This document shows, one piece after another, positions 61,632 through 64,000 of a DNA stretch of 64,000 nt. The position numbers and the translations under genes were made by a program. Position 1 is the first letter of the stretch. Each line of letters opens with the position of its first letter. This DNA is from Camelus dromedarius (Eukaryota), in assembly GCF_036321535.1 (NCBI RefSeq), contig NC_087436.1, positions 100,938,001 through 101,002,000 on the forward strand, read 5' to 3'. The notes beneath the pieces were generated by a model. That model worked only from the letters and a program-made list of their open reading frames with translations, had not been told where the DNA came from and made no database searches.

Positions 61632-64000
61632 GTGAGTATTGATCTCTCCCTTCAGTTCACCTTTACCTAATTCATAGGACGGTTGTGCGATTATATTTTT
61701 GGATTTTTACATATTTTTGATAATTAATGTATTTGAATGTAGAATGTGTTTTACTGATTCCTTTAGTCCTCTAGCTCTGTAAACAATGAACACAGTTGTT
61801 TTTCTTTCAAGTCCATCAATCTCAGTACTGTACATCCTAGTGTAAGATCATTACTTACTAGAGTAAGAAGCCTTAGAAGTAGAGGCAGTCTCATGAATTT
61901 ACTACCAAACAATGTGGAATGCTTTTTTTTTGTTAAATTCGCACAAAGACTTTCTTCAACTCAGTGGTGTGGGGCACTATGACAGCACAGAGTATCAACA
62001 GACAAACGGAACTAGACTGTTACAATGCTATTATTGGTATTTATAGCAGCCCTAGCGCTCTTGATAAATGAAGCCACATTAATTAGTTTCAGGATCTTAT
62101 TCTCACTTTGGCATATCCACTAGCACTTCTGAACATGCAATTAAAATATTTCAAAATGTCACTTATGTTTCCATTCTACAAGAAATGCATACTGATGATG
62201 GCCACTTGATTTGTACCAGGCCACATACATTTAGAAAAAAAATTTGTTAACATTTTAGGGGTTAAGAAATCTTTCCTCCACTGCTTGCAATAAAATCTGA
62301 TGAAAACCAGAACTATCAAGGATCATGCACATGTATAATGATACCATTTTTCTGAGTATGAAATATTTCTGATTATATATATATATATTTCAAGGCCCAT
62401 TCCTGGTAAGTTTGCTTTCCTTTTATTTTGGAAAATATAAATTCAGTGAAGATTTTGAATGATAATCAGTGAAAATAATGGCTTTTTTGACATCCCATAA
62501 GTTAAATTAGCTCACTGTTAAATAAATAGCATAGCTGATTTGAAAGTTAGATGGTAACTGATGCATTGACTTTAAAATAAATTAGCATTCCCTCTTAAAT
62601 TCTGGGAGACTGGTTTTCGTCTTCGTCCAGTGGACACCAGAAACTCTTTGGTTCATGCTAAGTACGGTTTAAAATAAAAGAAGGACATTTGAAAATGGAT
62701 TCCCAAATTAGGAGTCTGGGTCAAGATAATAGCTTTGTTCCGAGGACCACGTCAAACCTGGGTGTCAGGCTTGAAAGGCACCATGATTCTATCGCATATG
62801 AGTGAGAAAGTTGTGACGTATCTCTTGAAAGAAAAAGCCAGAGCATAAGGAGATCTTCCAGAAAAAGCAGGAAGAAGGGGAGGAGTGAGCAAAAACTGGG
62901 AGAGAAGTTGTAGATGGGAGAGTTTGCTAGAAAGACTTGTGGAGACTCGGAAGGAGAGATTCACATGAAAAGGAAAAAAGAACTAGAGAATGAGGCACCC
63001 AGGGTCCCCCTTCTCCCTCTCCATAATCCACTCTGCTCCTCTGCCCCTGCGATGCCCTTCTAATAGAGCCCATGTACTGGCAACAGAAATAGAACAGAGC
63101 CTGGCTGGTGAATGGAACTCTGAAGTGTAACATATATGAATTCTGACTCTCTCTAGACTGGGCTAAAATTGAATAAGGGCAACATTAAAAAGAGAAAACC
63201 TCAGTGACATAGAGCACAAAGCATTTTTATATCAGATCGACGCTGGCATCGAAGACTTCACATAATAGGAGCAAGGTTAAGGAGAAGGGTGAAAACGGAA
63301 TCCTTTATTACTCTTGGATGCAGTATTGTAATACATGAACTGATATAGTCTATTAATTTCCAAGAGGATCTTTGAGGAGCTTGTACTTTACCCACTGATA
63401 GAATATAGGCTTTTTATTGTCTCAAATTGATTTGATTTCTAATAAAATATTTGCTTCAACCTTGGGCAGCAAGAAAGCAGATAGTTCAATGAGAGACAGT
63501 AATATTATGAAAAATTGTGATATTTTTCTATGCAGCTCAAAGCCTCCTGTGTTATCCATCAAATTCATTTCCCTTGTAACTAAATCTGTCATAAATCTAG
63601 GCATCCAAAAATGAAATGTGTTTCTCAACAATAATCTACTGTCAATAAACTTAATAAAGACTTCAAATGATACAACAATTTCTAGTGGTTTTAAAATGCT
63701 TCACAGATAAATGATTGATTTTGGTAGTTGACAATGATATTAACAGTAATCTACAAATAGGAAGATGAGGTATGGGGGGCAGTTAGTATAGCCAAACCAT
63801 TGGAGCATTATTTTTATTTTAATTTTTCACGATTATAAATAAACAGAATCACAGGGAAAAAATATTCTGATAAAAATTTGTATTTTGACACAAAATTAAC
63901 CAAAATTGATTCAATTTTTTTAAAGAATTTAGGAATCATTGAACAATTTGAAACCACTTTTAGGAATTAAAAAAAAATGAGTTATTTACAATTACTAAAA

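Noticed and set aside
1..64000. Prokaryotic or phage systems (CRISPR arrays, operons, defence islands)
   Set aside because: No long ORFs and no repeat-spacer arrays. The repeat content is clearly mammalian.

Overview
AT-rich, CpG-poor mammalian genomic DNA, not a prokaryotic or phage window. It is most likely camelid, because it holds two tRNA-Ala-derived SINEs of the vic-1 type and young L1 3' ends. It looks like a long intron or gene desert, filled with interspersed repeats (L1, L2, MIR, MaLR LTRs, hAT DNA transposons) and microsatellites. None of the six-frame ORFs is a convincing protein-coding gene, and I could not name a host gene. The most informative structure is a three-layer nested insertion at 15.4-17.2 kb. 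There a MER20 transposon is split by a ~1.55 kb minus-strand polyadenylated retrocopy, weakly reminiscent of DPPA3/STELLA, which itself carries a younger L1. Other points of interest are two L1s stacked on one target site (34.9-35.9 kb) and a cluster of plausible plus-strand exons (39.9-43.9 kb). There is also a CpG-retaining, possibly conserved block with a strong donor (20.7-21.5 kb) and a candidate recursive-splice site (7.2 kb). Repeat family names come from remembered consensus sequences and boundaries are approximate. I found no evidence for a wholly new biological system.
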